From: an uncultured virus (IMG/VR IMGVR_UViG_3300030095_005052)
Taxonomy: Duplodnaviria > Heunggongvirae > Uroviricota > Caudoviricetes
DNA length: 64,000 nucleotides
Virus record (IMG/VR): IMGVR_UViG_3300030095_005052
Strand: one strand, 5' to 3'
Shown: in pieces, positions 19,201 to 27,603 of the stretch
Numbering within the stretch: the first letter of the stretch is position 1
How the letters are laid out: every line of letters begins with the position of its first letter
Made by a program: the position numbers and the translations under genes
The notes under the pieces: generated by a model
The model's input: the letters and a program-made list of their open reading frames with translations, nothing else
Database searches by the model: none
Told to the model about the DNA's origin: nothing

Positions 19201-19860
19201 ATGATGAACAACGTAAGAAAATTAGAAAATTATTCGAAAAAAAACCTAAAAAGCAATTTCGAAAAACGACACAAAGAGCTTGCCGATTTTCACGTAACGG
19301 TTAAAGACGGCCCATTCATGAAATACGCGACCATGATCGCCTCAACAACGGCGTCAAAAAATAAAAACGAAGTGACAGACCCCTGTCGACGATTTTTTAA
19401 TTCAACACAATTCAGACGCTTTGTTGGAGACAAGTTGATGGAAAATTACATGAAGGCAATCTCATTGGGGTCAAACTGTGTTGGAAGTGTTTTTTCGGAT
19501 TTCACAAAAATAGCTACGCCAAAAACAATTCGAGAAATTTTAAATGATGCACACGATGCAGATTACATTTACATCGACGAGCAAGCGCGAAAAAAAGAAG
19601 TTCGAGCGAACCCCAACTCCAAGTATATTTATTGGCCCACGCCCATTTTTATAAAATCATGGTGCGAGGCGATTGAGGAAAAATTAAATTTTTTACATCA
19701 AGTAAATATTACAGATATCATGGCAGAAATTAATTCTAAGCCAAAAATATTAGAAGTGGATTATTTAGAAAATACAATTTGCGATAATAGCTTAAAACAT
19801 CAAACGTGGAAGAAAATTATTAAAAAAGAAATTAACAAAATGAGCGATAATATCCGATAG
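19201..19860 (+). CDS. AT-rich winged-helix-like protein upstream of the repressor
   Basis: Positional and pattern homolog of 61528-62217. Confidence 0.55.
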   Translation: MMNNVRKLENYSKKNLKSNFEKRHKELADFHVTVKDGPFMKYATMIASTTASKNKNEVTDPCRRFFNSTQFRRFVGDKLMENYMKAISLGSNCVGSVFSDFTKIATPKTIREILNDAHDADYIYIDEQARKKEVRANPNSKYIYWPTPIFIKSWCEAIEEKLNFLHQVNITDIMAEINSKPKILEVDYLENTICDNSLKHQTWKKIIKKEINKMSDNIR

Positions 19861-19936
19861 GGAATAATTCCCCTAGCATTTTCTTTCTAATTAATATTTT
19901 ATTAACTTGAAATTTTACAAAAGTTGAGTTAAGAAA

Positions 19937-20278
19937 ATGCTTCAAATATTAAATGATCAATCAACCAATTATATCCCTAATGATACTGGGTATTACAAAG
20001 AGGACATAGTTTTGGTAAACCAAAGAAGGCCACAGCAGTTTGTTGTAGGAGCTGGGGAGCGTTTAAAAAAATGCAGAAAAGCACTTGGTTTATCACAAAT
20101 TGTAATTTGTGAAAAATTAGGCGTTACGCAAGGTAATTATTCTCAATGGGAAAGTGGCAGACAATTAATAGACCCATTAATTGCGGTTACACTATTACAA
20201 AAATTTGGTGTTACTTTAGATTACATTTACAGTGGCAAGGAAGATACTCTGCCAAAAGCCCTTAAAGATAAAATATAA
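19937..20278 (+). CDS. XRE/HTH_3 phage repressor lacking a peptidase domain
   Basis: GERLKKCRKALGLSQ...LGVTQGNYSQWESG; flanked by operators. Confidence 0.85.
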   Translation: MLQILNDQSTNYIPNDTGYYKEDIVLVNQRRPQQFVVGAGERLKKCRKALGLSQIVICEKLGVTQGNYSQWESGRQLIDPLIAVTLLQKFGVTLDYIYSGKEDTLPKALKDKI

Positions 20279-20327
20279 CACGGTACAATAATTTTTACTT
20301 GCATTATAATACGGTGCAATATATAGT
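20274..20327 (+). promoter_or_regulatory. OL/PL-like region of A
   Basis: TTGCAT-N17-TATAGT with an operator filling the spacer, plus a second operator over the repressor stop codon. Confidence 0.7.
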
Positions 20328-20358
20328 CTCCTCATCAACAATGATAGGAGATTTTTTT

Positions 20359-20562
20359 ATGCGACAATCAGAAGCAGTTAAAGTTAAAGATATTATTGAT
20401 CAAGTTTATAATTTGATTGATCAAGCTGAGTCTAAATTAAAAGCCGCTGAAGATCACGGTGCAGATTTGGATTATGCTGAAAATCATTTCCAAGAACTTT
20501 TTTTAACAATCAAAAACATTGAAGACGATTGCAACCAAGTTCTTCAAGAAGAGGCCGCGTGA
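20359..20562 (+). CDS. First early gene, small helical protein
   Basis: AGGAG RBS; positional counterpart of 62787-63008. Confidence 0.65.
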   Translation: MRQSEAVKVKDIIDQVYNLIDQAESKLKAAEDHGADLDYAENHFQELFLTIKNIEDDCNQVLQEEAA

Positions 20563-20681
20563 TGAGGAAAATATTACGCGAAACCAACTCAATAGAATTT
20601 GTCAAAGATTTTTGCGCCCTAGCCTCGATTTTTGGGGCTGGGGTCATTTGGCTATTTGTGGGCGAGGCTTTACTACCATGA
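20562..20681 (+). CDS. 39-aa membrane peptide
   Basis: MRKILRE...ALASIFGAGVIWLFVGEALLP; counterpart at 63005-63127. Confidence 0.55.
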   Translation: MRKILRETNSIEFVKDFCALASIFGAGVIWLFVGEALLP

Positions 20682-20753
20682 CCGCAAATCAAATCGAGCG
20701 AATTTTAATTATCAACCATAAAAAATATTATCAACTTTTGAAGGAACAAAAAA

Positions 20754-21467
20754 ATGGCACAAGCAAAGAAACTTGAAGTAATACCAACACCAATTACCCC
20801 AGTCGATATGCTCGGCACGGTTATAGAGAGAGGTGGGGATATTAATATTGATCAACTCACTAAGTTGATTGAGCTTAATGAACGCTTTCAGCAAAGCGAG
20901 GCGCAAAAAACTTTCAATGTAGCGATGTCGGAATTTCGCAGTAAAGTAACAAGCGTTAAAAAAACGAAAGAGGCTTTTAATTACTATTACGCTGACCTCA
21001 ATGAAATCGTTAAAACGATCCAGCCTGTTTTAAAAGAGTGTAACTTATCGCATAGCTTTAGAACTAAATACGATGAAAATGGCATCCACGTAACGTGCGT
21101 CATTAAACACGTTGACGGTCACGAAGAAAGCACGACACTCTCTGGTGCGCCTGACGTATCTGGTAGCAAAAATTCAATTCAAGCAATCGGAAGTTCAGTG
21201 ACGTATTTATCTCGTTACACTTTAATGGCAATGCTTGGGTTGGCGGCAGTTGATGACGATGACGGTGCATCGGCTGATGAGAAAATGCCATTAGAGTTAA
21301 TCACAACTGATCAAGTAAAAACGATTAAATCTAAAATAGAAAAAGCTGGGGTTACTGAGGATCGGATTACGAATGTTTGTAAGGTTAATAAAATTGAGGA
21401 TATACCAGCCTCTGAATTTAAAAGCGTAATTAAAAAGCTCGACCTAAACATCACGGGAAAAAAATAA
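20754..21467 (+). CDS. erf: ERF-family single-strand annealing recombinase
   Basis: YYYADLNEI, QAIGSSVTYLSRYTL...DDDG. Confidence 0.88.
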   Translation: MAQAKKLEVIPTPITPVDMLGTVIERGGDINIDQLTKLIELNERFQQSEAQKTFNVAMSEFRSKVTSVKKTKEAFNYYYADLNEIVKTIQPVLKECNLSHSFRTKYDENGIHVTCVIKHVDGHEESTTLSGAPDVSGSKNSIQAIGSSVTYLSRYTLMAMLGLAAVDDDDGASADEKMPLELITTDQVKTIKSKIEKAGVTEDRITNVCKVNKIEDIPASEFKSVIKKLDLNITGKK

Positions 21468-22087
21468 TGGAACAACGAACCCCCGAATGGTTTGAAGTGA
21501 GGCGCGGTAAAGTTACCGCGTCCCATATGCGTGATGTCACCTCCAAGGGGCGTGGCTCTCAACCATCAAAAACACGCGAAAGTTATATGACTAAACTTGC
21601 CGTAGAACGTTTGACAGGGAACATTGGGGATAATTTTACCTCGCAATTTATGCAAGACGGCATAGACCGTGAGCCAGATGCAATATCAAATTATGAATTT
21701 TACAAAAATGTCGATGTTGATCTCATTGGTTTTGTGGATCACCTCAAAATTAAAATGTCTGGGGCTAGTCCAGATGGCCTTATTGGAGAGGAAGGCTTAA
21801 TTGAAGTAAAATGCCCTAAAGCTACAACACACTTCGAATACCTTAAAAACAAAACAATTCCCTCTGAATATGCAAAACAAATGGATTGGCAACTTGCTTG
21901 CACAGGACGTCAATGGTGCGACTTTGTATCCTTCCATCCAGACTTCCCAGAAGAGCTACAGCTTCTAATTATTCGTCATAAAAGAGATGACCAAGCGATT
22001 AAAGAACTCGAAGAGGCGGTTCAGATATTTCTGGATGATTTAGATAAAATTGTTGCCGAATTAACCGACATGAGGACTGCGGCATAA
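21467..22087 (+). CDS. YqaJ/lambda-exonuclease family nuclease
   Basis: QRTPEWFEVRRGKVTAS, GASPDG, IEVKCP. Confidence 0.9.
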   Translation: MEQRTPEWFEVRRGKVTASHMRDVTSKGRGSQPSKTRESYMTKLAVERLTGNIGDNFTSQFMQDGIDREPDAISNYEFYKNVDVDLIGFVDHLKIKMSGASPDGLIGEEGLIEVKCPKATTHFEYLKNKTIPSEYAKQMDWQLACTGRQWCDFVSFHPDFPEELQLLIIRHKRDDQAIKELEEAVQIFLDDLDKIVAELTDMRTAA

Positions 22088-22281
22088 ACGCAAATGAATT
22101 TTTAAAAATGCTCAGTCTTATTATGGATATGTGCAAAAACGAAAAACACTTAAAAGATTGGGCAAAAAAAAACAAAAGTGAGTTGCAAAAAATACCGCCC
22201 AAGGAATTAGAATATTTTAGATTTTTATATAGAAAAAAACTGAAGGAGCTAAGAGATGTCGGGAAGTCTGAACAAGGTTAG
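22084..22281 (+). CDS. Small hypothetical protein (ATA start or ATG at 22108)
   Basis: Open frame filling the exonuclease-ssb gap. Confidence 0.45.
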   Translation: MNANEFLKMLSLIMDMCKNEKHLKDWAKKNKSELQKIPPKELEYFRFLYRKKLKELRDVGKSEQG

Positions 22282-22687
22282 TTTAATCGGGAATTTGGGG
22301 AAAGACCCTGAAGTATCAAAAAAAAATGATGGTGAAGTATTTGCCAGATTTTCTATCGCAACAACTAAAACATGGAATGATAAAACTACGGGGGAACGTA
22401 AGGAAAAAACCGAATGGCATCAAATTGCCATTTTTAATACACACTTTGCCTCCATTGCGGAAAAATATTTAAGGAAAGGGTCAAAAGTTTATTTGGAAGG
22501 TTCTCTACAGACTAGAGATTATGGGGACAAAAACAAAATAACAAAATCTGTTACGGAAATTGTTTTGGAGAAATTTGGAGGTGAACTAACAATGCTTGGC
22601 TCCAAAAATGACGGGATTCAACCAAAGGAAGAAATGGAAGTTGTCCAAGGGAAGGGGCAAGACCTTGATGATGAGATTCCATTTTAA
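22256..22687 (+). CDS. ssb: Single-stranded DNA-binding protein
   Basis: MSGSLNKVSLIGNLGKDPE...DDEIPF. Confidence 0.95.
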   Translation: MSGSLNKVSLIGNLGKDPEVSKKNDGEVFARFSIATTKTWNDKTTGERKEKTEWHQIAIFNTHFASIAEKYLRKGSKVYLEGSLQTRDYGDKNKITKSVTEIVLEKFGGELTMLGSKNDGIQPKEEMEVVQGKGQDLDDEIPF

Positions 22688-22694
22688 TTAGGCG

Positions 22695-23159
22695 GTGGTT
22701 GAGCGTGCAATAGGGTGCGTAAAAGGCTGTAGGGGCCGCCATTCTTTCCTTCCCTTACAGCCACCTATCTGGGAGATCGATATGAATATGATGTTACCTA
22801 AATATGAATATGTGAGAGATAAAAAGTATCGAGAATGGATCAAGGAATTACGATGCAGTTTTTGCCTCACGGAGTATTTACTAGACCCTCACCACGTCAA
22901 ATTTTTAGGGGGGCAAGGTAAGGGAGGCAAGGGCAAACAGCCCTGTGACACGCGAATAACCCCTCTGTGTAGGCCACATCATACGCTTTTACATAATTGG
23001 CCCGCTGGTGAGGAAGCAATCTGGGAGATTTGGAGCAGAGACCCCAAAAAGATTATGGATACACTCTGGGAGATTTGGAATAAAGATTGGCCCAGATTAC
23101 AGAAGCTGGAAGTAGCAGAGAACTTTTTGAAGGAAACGGGTTTTAACAATGGGAAATAG
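22695..23159 (+). CDS. DUF968/Ref-like HNH-type Zn nuclease (start probably ~22782)
   Basis: YREWIKELRCSFC...DPHH...PLCRPHH. Confidence 0.65.
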   Translation: MVERAIGCVKGCRGRHSFLPLQPPIWEIDMNMMLPKYEYVRDKKYREWIKELRCSFCLTEYLLDPHHVKFLGGQGKGGKGKQPCDTRITPLCRPHHTLLHNWPAGEEAIWEIWSRDPKKIMDTLWEIWNKDWPRLQKLEVAENFLKETGFNNGK

Positions 23160-23463
23160 CACGATTGCAAAAAGATTTGAAGCGGCGGCCGAAGAATTTG
23201 CAGAAGCTCAAAACAAAAGCCTTCGAGCTAAAAACGAATTGAAAGCAATAACCTCAGTAATATTTTTAAAGATGTCTGGCACGGTTAAAGAGCGAGAATG
23301 TCAAGTTGATATAGACGAGACTGTTGTTGCCAAGGAATTAGGTTGGGTCAACGCCCAGTGTGAGGAAAATCTAGCCAAAGCAAAAAAGGAAGCAATGTCA
23401 ATTTTATTTGAGGAATGGCGCACTGCTAGGTCAGATCGAAGGGCAGAGATGAATTTAAGATGA
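23149..23463 (+). CDS. Helical hypothetical protein
   Basis: Translationally coupled ORF. Confidence 0.65.
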   Translation: MGNSTIAKRFEAAAEEFAEAQNKSLRAKNELKAITSVIFLKMSGTVKERECQVDIDETVVAKELGWVNAQCEENLAKAKKEAMSILFEEWRTARSDRRAEMNLR

Positions 23464-24116
23464 TAGTATTTGAAGATATAAGTATAAAAAGTGCAAATCA
23501 TTTAGTTGATAAATGGCATAGACATTCTGTCCCTGTTCCACGAGTTCAAGCGCGTTTTGCTTTGCGAATAGTTGAGTTCTTGCCACATATAAAAATGCCC
23601 AATGGTGGCTGTTGGTGGCAAACCAGCGGTGTTTTAATTTTTGGCAACCCTTGTGGAAGGCCAAGCGACCCGAACATTATTGAATTAAGGAGAGTGGCTT
23701 TCAAACCGAAAGAAATTTTTGGTAAATATAGACGTTGGTATCCTAAAGACACAGCGGTAAAGCACGAAATTTCTAATCGAAAAATTCCAATACTTTTTGA
23801 TACGCATGACATCAAATTAGGACAAAATTATTTTGGGCCAGTTGTTTCTGGGCGTATGCTCCCATCGTTTTTTTTAAAGTTTGGCGAGAGTGTTCTAAAA
23901 AGACGATTACCAGAAAAACATACAATCTGGACTTACGTACTTGACGAGGAAAAAGGCCGATATTTGGAAGAGGCTGGTTATGTAGTAGACAAAATATTTA
24001 CAAGAAGAAATCAGCGAAAAAGACGATACACAAAAACGGTTGATTCATTTTCTAAAATTGATGAAATAATTTTACGGCCTGATGAAGACAGAAGGGCAGA
24101 GATGAGCCTCAGATGA
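23460..24116 (+). CDS. XF1762-like (Mom/GNAT-related) protein
   Basis: ISIKSANHLVDKWHRH, GNPCGR, ELRR, TYVLDEEKG. Confidence 0.55.
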   Translation: MIVFEDISIKSANHLVDKWHRHSVPVPRVQARFALRIVEFLPHIKMPNGGCWWQTSGVLIFGNPCGRPSDPNIIELRRVAFKPKEIFGKYRRWYPKDTAVKHEISNRKIPILFDTHDIKLGQNYFGPVVSGRMLPSFFLKFGESVLKRRLPEKHTIWTYVLDEEKGRYLEEAGYVVDKIFTRRNQRKRRYTKTVDSFSKIDEIILRPDEDRRAEMSLR

Positions 24117-24334
24117 CCGACAACGTAAACCACCCCCCACATTATACCAATGGTGAGATTGAGTGCCTCGATGCAATTAAATCGGCTCTAGGGGTAGATG
24201 GGTTTAATGCCTACCTCAAAGGGCAGATCATTAAGTATCTGTGGAGAATGGATCATAAAGGCAAGCAAAAAGAAGACGCTGAAAAAGCGCAGTTTTATAA
24301 TAATGCTTTAGTTGAAAATTTGACTGTGAAATGA
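24113..24334 (+). CDS. DUF3310 protein
   Basis: DNVNHPPHY...IECLDAI...KYLWR. Confidence 0.9.
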   Translation: MTDNVNHPPHYTNGEIECLDAIKSALGVDGFNAYLKGQIIKYLWRMDHKGKQKEDAEKAQFYNNALVENLTVK

Positions 24335-24335
24335 A

Positions 24336-24662
24336 ATGGAGTTAGCTATGGAATTAAAAATGGATGATTACGCACTTACAATGCAAGAGGTGACAAGCAT
24401 TTTGAAATGCAGTCGATCTAAACTTTACAAACTAATCGACAACCAAGAAATAGGTTATGTCCAACCGCCAAATGGACAGAAAACTATATTTTCAAGCCAC
24501 ATAAAGGAGTACATCAAAAGATGGACAATTCAACCAGCCCCTATCTCACAAAAAGAGAAGGAAGAAGAAATTGGTATATTGGCTACAGACCTAACCACTC
24601 AGCGCGGACACGTTTCAAATCTACAGGAGTGGAAAATAAAAGGGATGCAGAACACCTATTAA
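24336..24662 (+). CDS. xis: Excisionase-like HTH_17 protein
   Basis: LTMQEVTSILKCSRSKLYKLI; overlaps the integrase start. Confidence 0.7.
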   Translation: MELAMELKMDDYALTMQEVTSILKCSRSKLYKLIDNQEIGYVQPPNGQKTIFSSHIKEYIKRWTIQPAPISQKEKEEEIGILATDLTTQRGHVSNLQEWKIKGMQNTY

Positions 24663-25510
24663 ACATATTTATATCAGAAAACAAAAATCCAAAGGGGCCA
24701 TTTATTGGGCAGTTATTAGATAAGTGGGTAGCGGAAAAGCCACCAATTCATCTTGATACAAGAAAATGGTTTATTGAAAAATTAAAAGAATATTGGGAAT
24801 TTGTTAAACCCGAAGATGTGCCAGCAATGATGGAAGGGTACAAAAAGGGGCGGCGGTTTAGAGAAGAACTTAGTGCTTGCCTTAATTATGCAGAGCGCAG
24901 AAAATGGATTGTTCGCGCACCTTATGTAGATTTACCACCAAAGATGCCACCTAGAAACGAATGGATGAGTCGAGAGCAAGCTCAAAATTTAGTTTTAAAT
25001 GCCAAATTACCACACCTGAGATTGTTTTTAATCATAGCGTTGGCAACGGGAGCAAGAGAAGGCGCAGTTTTAGGGTTACATAAAGACCGCGTTGATTTAG
25101 CTAATCTTATAATTGATTTCAATGACCCAAATTTGCCAATGACAAAAAAGAAAAGAAGCGTTGTCCCGATTGGGGCGGCTATAGGCGAAGAAATACAAAG
25201 GGCCATAAAATTTAGTAAATCTGGTTTTGTAATAGAATATAACGGCAAACGAATAAAAAAAATTAGAAAATCATTTAACCAAAATGCCGAAGACTGCGGT
25301 CTTAGCTGGGTGACACCTCATGTAACAAAACATACAGCCATTAGTTTTTTATGTGAGAAATATTCTGTCGATCAAGTTTCTGATATGACAAATACATCTG
25401 CAACTACGGTTAGAAGAGTCTACAGGCATATTAACCCCGATAGTTTACGACCAATGGCAAGTTATATGGATAATATACTTTTACCGAATGGACAGCCTCT
25501 TGCCAATTAA
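24521..25510 (+). CDS. int: Tyrosine integrase
   Basis: TGAREGAVLGL, TPHVTKHT, RVYRH; adjacent tRNA. Confidence 0.88.
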   Translation: MDNSTSPYLTKREGRRNWYIGYRPNHSARTRFKSTGVENKRDAEHLLNIFISENKNPKGPFIGQLLDKWVAEKPPIHLDTRKWFIEKLKEYWEFVKPEDVPAMMEGYKKGRRFREELSACLNYAERRKWIVRAPYVDLPPKMPPRNEWMSREQAQNLVLNAKLPHLRLFLIIALATGAREGAVLGLHKDRVDLANLIIDFNDPNLPMTKKKRSVVPIGAAIGEEIQRAIKFSKSGFVIEYNGKRIKKIRKSFNQNAEDCGLSWVTPHVTKHTAISFLCEKYSVDQVSDMTNTSATTVRRVYRHINPDSLRPMASYMDNILLPNGQPLAN

Positions 25511-25517
25511 AAGGGAA

Positions 25518-25593
25518 TGGTGGGCGATGACAGGCTCGAACTGCCGACATTCTGGATGTAAACCAGACGCTCTCCCAACTGAGCTAATCGCCC
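25518..25593 (-). tRNA. tRNA-Val (anticodon TAC), full length with encoded CCA; probable attP core
   Basis: GGGCGAT acceptor stem, GCTC/GAGC D-arm, TCTGG-TTTACAT-CCAGA anticodon arm, TTCGAGC T-loop. Confidence 0.93.
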
Positions 25594-25609
25594 TTTTAAC
25601 CATTTCTAA

Positions 25610-25815
25610 AATCACCCAGTGGGTGATTCAGTCATTTTCTCAAACATATAGTCACTGTACGTTTCCGACTAGGGAGCATATCGGTGTAAACGTGATTGGT
25701 TTGTGTCCAGTGGTGTCCAATGGCACGTAAAACAAGGGTTTTTTAACTTATCAGAGTCCAAAATTTAATCACCCTGTATCACCCAGTATTGCACCCCGTC
25801 ACCCACTGGGTGATT
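25610..25815. repeat. ATCACCCAGT-type direct and inverted repeats, putative integrase arm sites
   Basis: Copies at 25611, 25768, 25778; palindromes at 25610-25628 and 25799-25813. Confidence 0.55.
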
Positions 25816-25847
25816 TAATTAATTTTATAAAAATGTAAATTAGAGCT

Positions 25848-25876
25848 TTACACCATTACCTGTTAATGGTAAGCTA
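25848..25876 (+). promoter_or_regulatory. Promoter of the accessory operon with a CCATTACCTGTTAATGG palindrome
   Basis: TTTACA...TAAGCT; shares its 16-mer with 15478. Confidence 0.55.
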
Positions 25877-25909
25877 GGGCAACGCAACCAAAAAGTTTGG
25901 AGATGAAAC

Positions 25910-26683
25910 ATGGGAATAAAATTTGAAAATGGGGAAGTCTACATTTCGTCTGGAGCAAAAAAAGCCATGTATACTTTGCGAGTTACTGGTTCAAGCGAAT
26001 ATGATAAGGATTTTTATATTAAAAATTTGAGTAATGACCCAAAAAAGGCCATAGCCAAAGCTAAAATTTACTGCGCAGAGCATTATCCATACGCAGACCT
26101 TTCTGGGATAGAAGAAATTTCAAATGATTTAAACGCTTGGGGCGCACCGTCAAAAATTGAGCAAGAGCAAATAACCACTATAGAAGATGGCTACATCCCT
26201 TTTGGAAAACACGCTGGGGAAAAGATTTCCGATTTATCGGACGGCTATGTTTTGTGGTGGGCAGACCAAGACACCGACAAAAACACAAAGCACACCGCCG
26301 CCACCTTAATCGCATTTATGAAGGGGGAGGCTTCAAGCCGAAACTTATACGCCAAGCGAGAAGCAAAACAGGCTGAGAGGGCTAAAATTGAGGCTCAGAG
26401 AGTAGCTGAAAGCCGTCACATTGGGACAATTGGCGAGAGACGCGAATTTACTGGGAAGGTTGTTTTTGTGACTTCTGGCGAAGGTAATTATGGGACTTGG
26501 TTTTTGACAGGCGTAGACACTGATCAGGGTTTTGTTTTGTATTGGAACACATTAGACACGGCTGAAGCCAATGACGTTGTTACCTTTGACGCTAGAATTA
26601 AAGATCATGGCGAGAAAGATGGAGTGAAGCAAACTGTTGTGTCTCGTGCCACAAAAATTAAAATCCAACAAATAAGGAAATAA
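25910..26683 (+). CDS. Protein with a PFGKH (DUF3820/ExoX-C-like) motif and a C-terminal OB-like domain
   Basis: IPFGKHAGEKISDLSDGYVLW; HIGTIGER...KQTVVSR. Confidence 0.6.
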   Translation: MGIKFENGEVYISSGAKKAMYTLRVTGSSEYDKDFYIKNLSNDPKKAIAKAKIYCAEHYPYADLSGIEEISNDLNAWGAPSKIEQEQITTIEDGYIPFGKHAGEKISDLSDGYVLWWADQDTDKNTKHTAATLIAFMKGEASSRNLYAKREAKQAERAKIEAQRVAESRHIGTIGERREFTGKVVFVTSGEGNYGTWFLTGVDTDQGFVLYWNTLDTAEANDVVTFDARIKDHGEKDGVKQTVVSRATKIKIQQIRK

Positions 26684-26686
26684 AAA

Positions 26687-26923
26687 ATGGTTATTTACAG
26701 AGTAATTGAATATACACACGGCCCTCAAAACCAAAACGGAGTAGGCGATTATAGTCTGGGTTTATGCAATGGTGGCTCTGGGAGTTATTTTGCAACAAAA
26801 AGTGAAGCCGTTAAAGCCATTCGTAAAGCTGGGTACAAACCTTCGCACGAAGGTTTTCCTGAGATTTATAAAATTGAGCTTGGCAATAAGGCCGATTTTA
26901 TTGAATTATTGAACAGAGCATAA
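26687..26923 (+). CDS. Hypothetical protein
   Basis: RBS; operon context. Confidence 0.65.
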   Translation: MVIYRVIEYTHGPQNQNGVGDYSLGLCNGGSGSYFATKSEAVKAIRKAGYKPSHEGFPEIYKIELGNKADFIELLNRA

Positions 26924-26936
26924 AGGGGTAAAGCTA

Positions 26937-27263
26937 ATGACAAAAAGAATATTTTACGAATGGGTCATTAGAACTGTTGAAACTGATTCTGAGGAAGCAG
27001 ACATTGATCATTCTGATGTATTCCCATCTAATGCTAGCCGAGGATTGCCAGAAAAATATCATGTTGAAATAGAACTAAAAAAAGACGTTTGCTATTGGGA
27101 TTCAGATGTTACCAAACAAGAAGTGGATTCTGGTTTAGTAGCACCAGACATTGAACATAATTATTATGCTCAGTTTAGAAATGGCAAACTGGAAGAATTT
27201 TTCGAGGATGGTGAACGTGTGCCAAAAAGATTTCACAAAGAAATAGAAAAGGAGCAAGGATAA
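26937..27263 (+). CDS. Hypothetical protein
   Basis: RBS; operon context. Confidence 0.65.
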   Translation: MTKRIFYEWVIRTVETDSEEADIDHSDVFPSNASRGLPEKYHVEIELKKDVCYWDSDVTKQEVDSGLVAPDIEHNYYAQFRNGKLEEFFEDGERVPKRFHKEIEKEQG

Positions 27264-27430
27264 TGAAATACAGAATAGTCGCGGAGATGAGTACATTGCT
27301 TGAGGCATTTGTTGAGGCCAAAACCTTAGAAGAAGCGGAAACAATGGCACAAAATATGGACGGGGGGAATTTTCAAGAACTCGAAAATTCTGGAGGCTGG
27401 CAAGTGACGAGTGTAGAGGAGCAAGGATAG
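27263..27430 (+). CDS. 55-aa DpnD/PcfM-like protein
   Basis: MKYRIVAEMSTLLEAFVEAKTLEEAE; TAATG coupling. Confidence 0.55.
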   Translation: MKYRIVAEMSTLLEAFVEAKTLEEAETMAQNMDGGNFQELENSGGWQVTSVEEQG

Positions 27431-27603
27431 TGGCAGACAAAGAGCATTTAGCTGAGTTAAATCGTATTCGAGTTCTGAGGCATTATGAAAATAAGAAAGC
27501 TCAAGGCTTCTCAAAATTTACAGTTTTTTGTCACGTTGATGATAGGCCAGAAATTTTAGATTTTGCTAAGAATTTAAGAAACAAAAGAGAGGGCAAAGAT
27601 TAG
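27430..27603 (+). CDS. 57-aa putative ribbon-type DNA-binding protein (DUF3018-like)
   Basis: GTG start after AGGAG; RVLRHYENKKAQGFSKFTVF. Confidence 0.5.
   Translation: MADKEHLAELNRIRVLRHYENKKAQGFSKFTVFCHVDDRPEILDFAKNLRNKREGKD

Noticed and set aside
25518..25593. tRNA as the boundary between two tandem prophages
   Set aside because: Disfavoured but not excluded: CCGG/CCWGG depletion and a shared promoter box continue across the tRNA, and the composition changes at ~34.3 kb instead.
25488..25730. 80-aa ORF after the integrase
   Set aside because: It is the antisense reading of the tRNA and att repeats.
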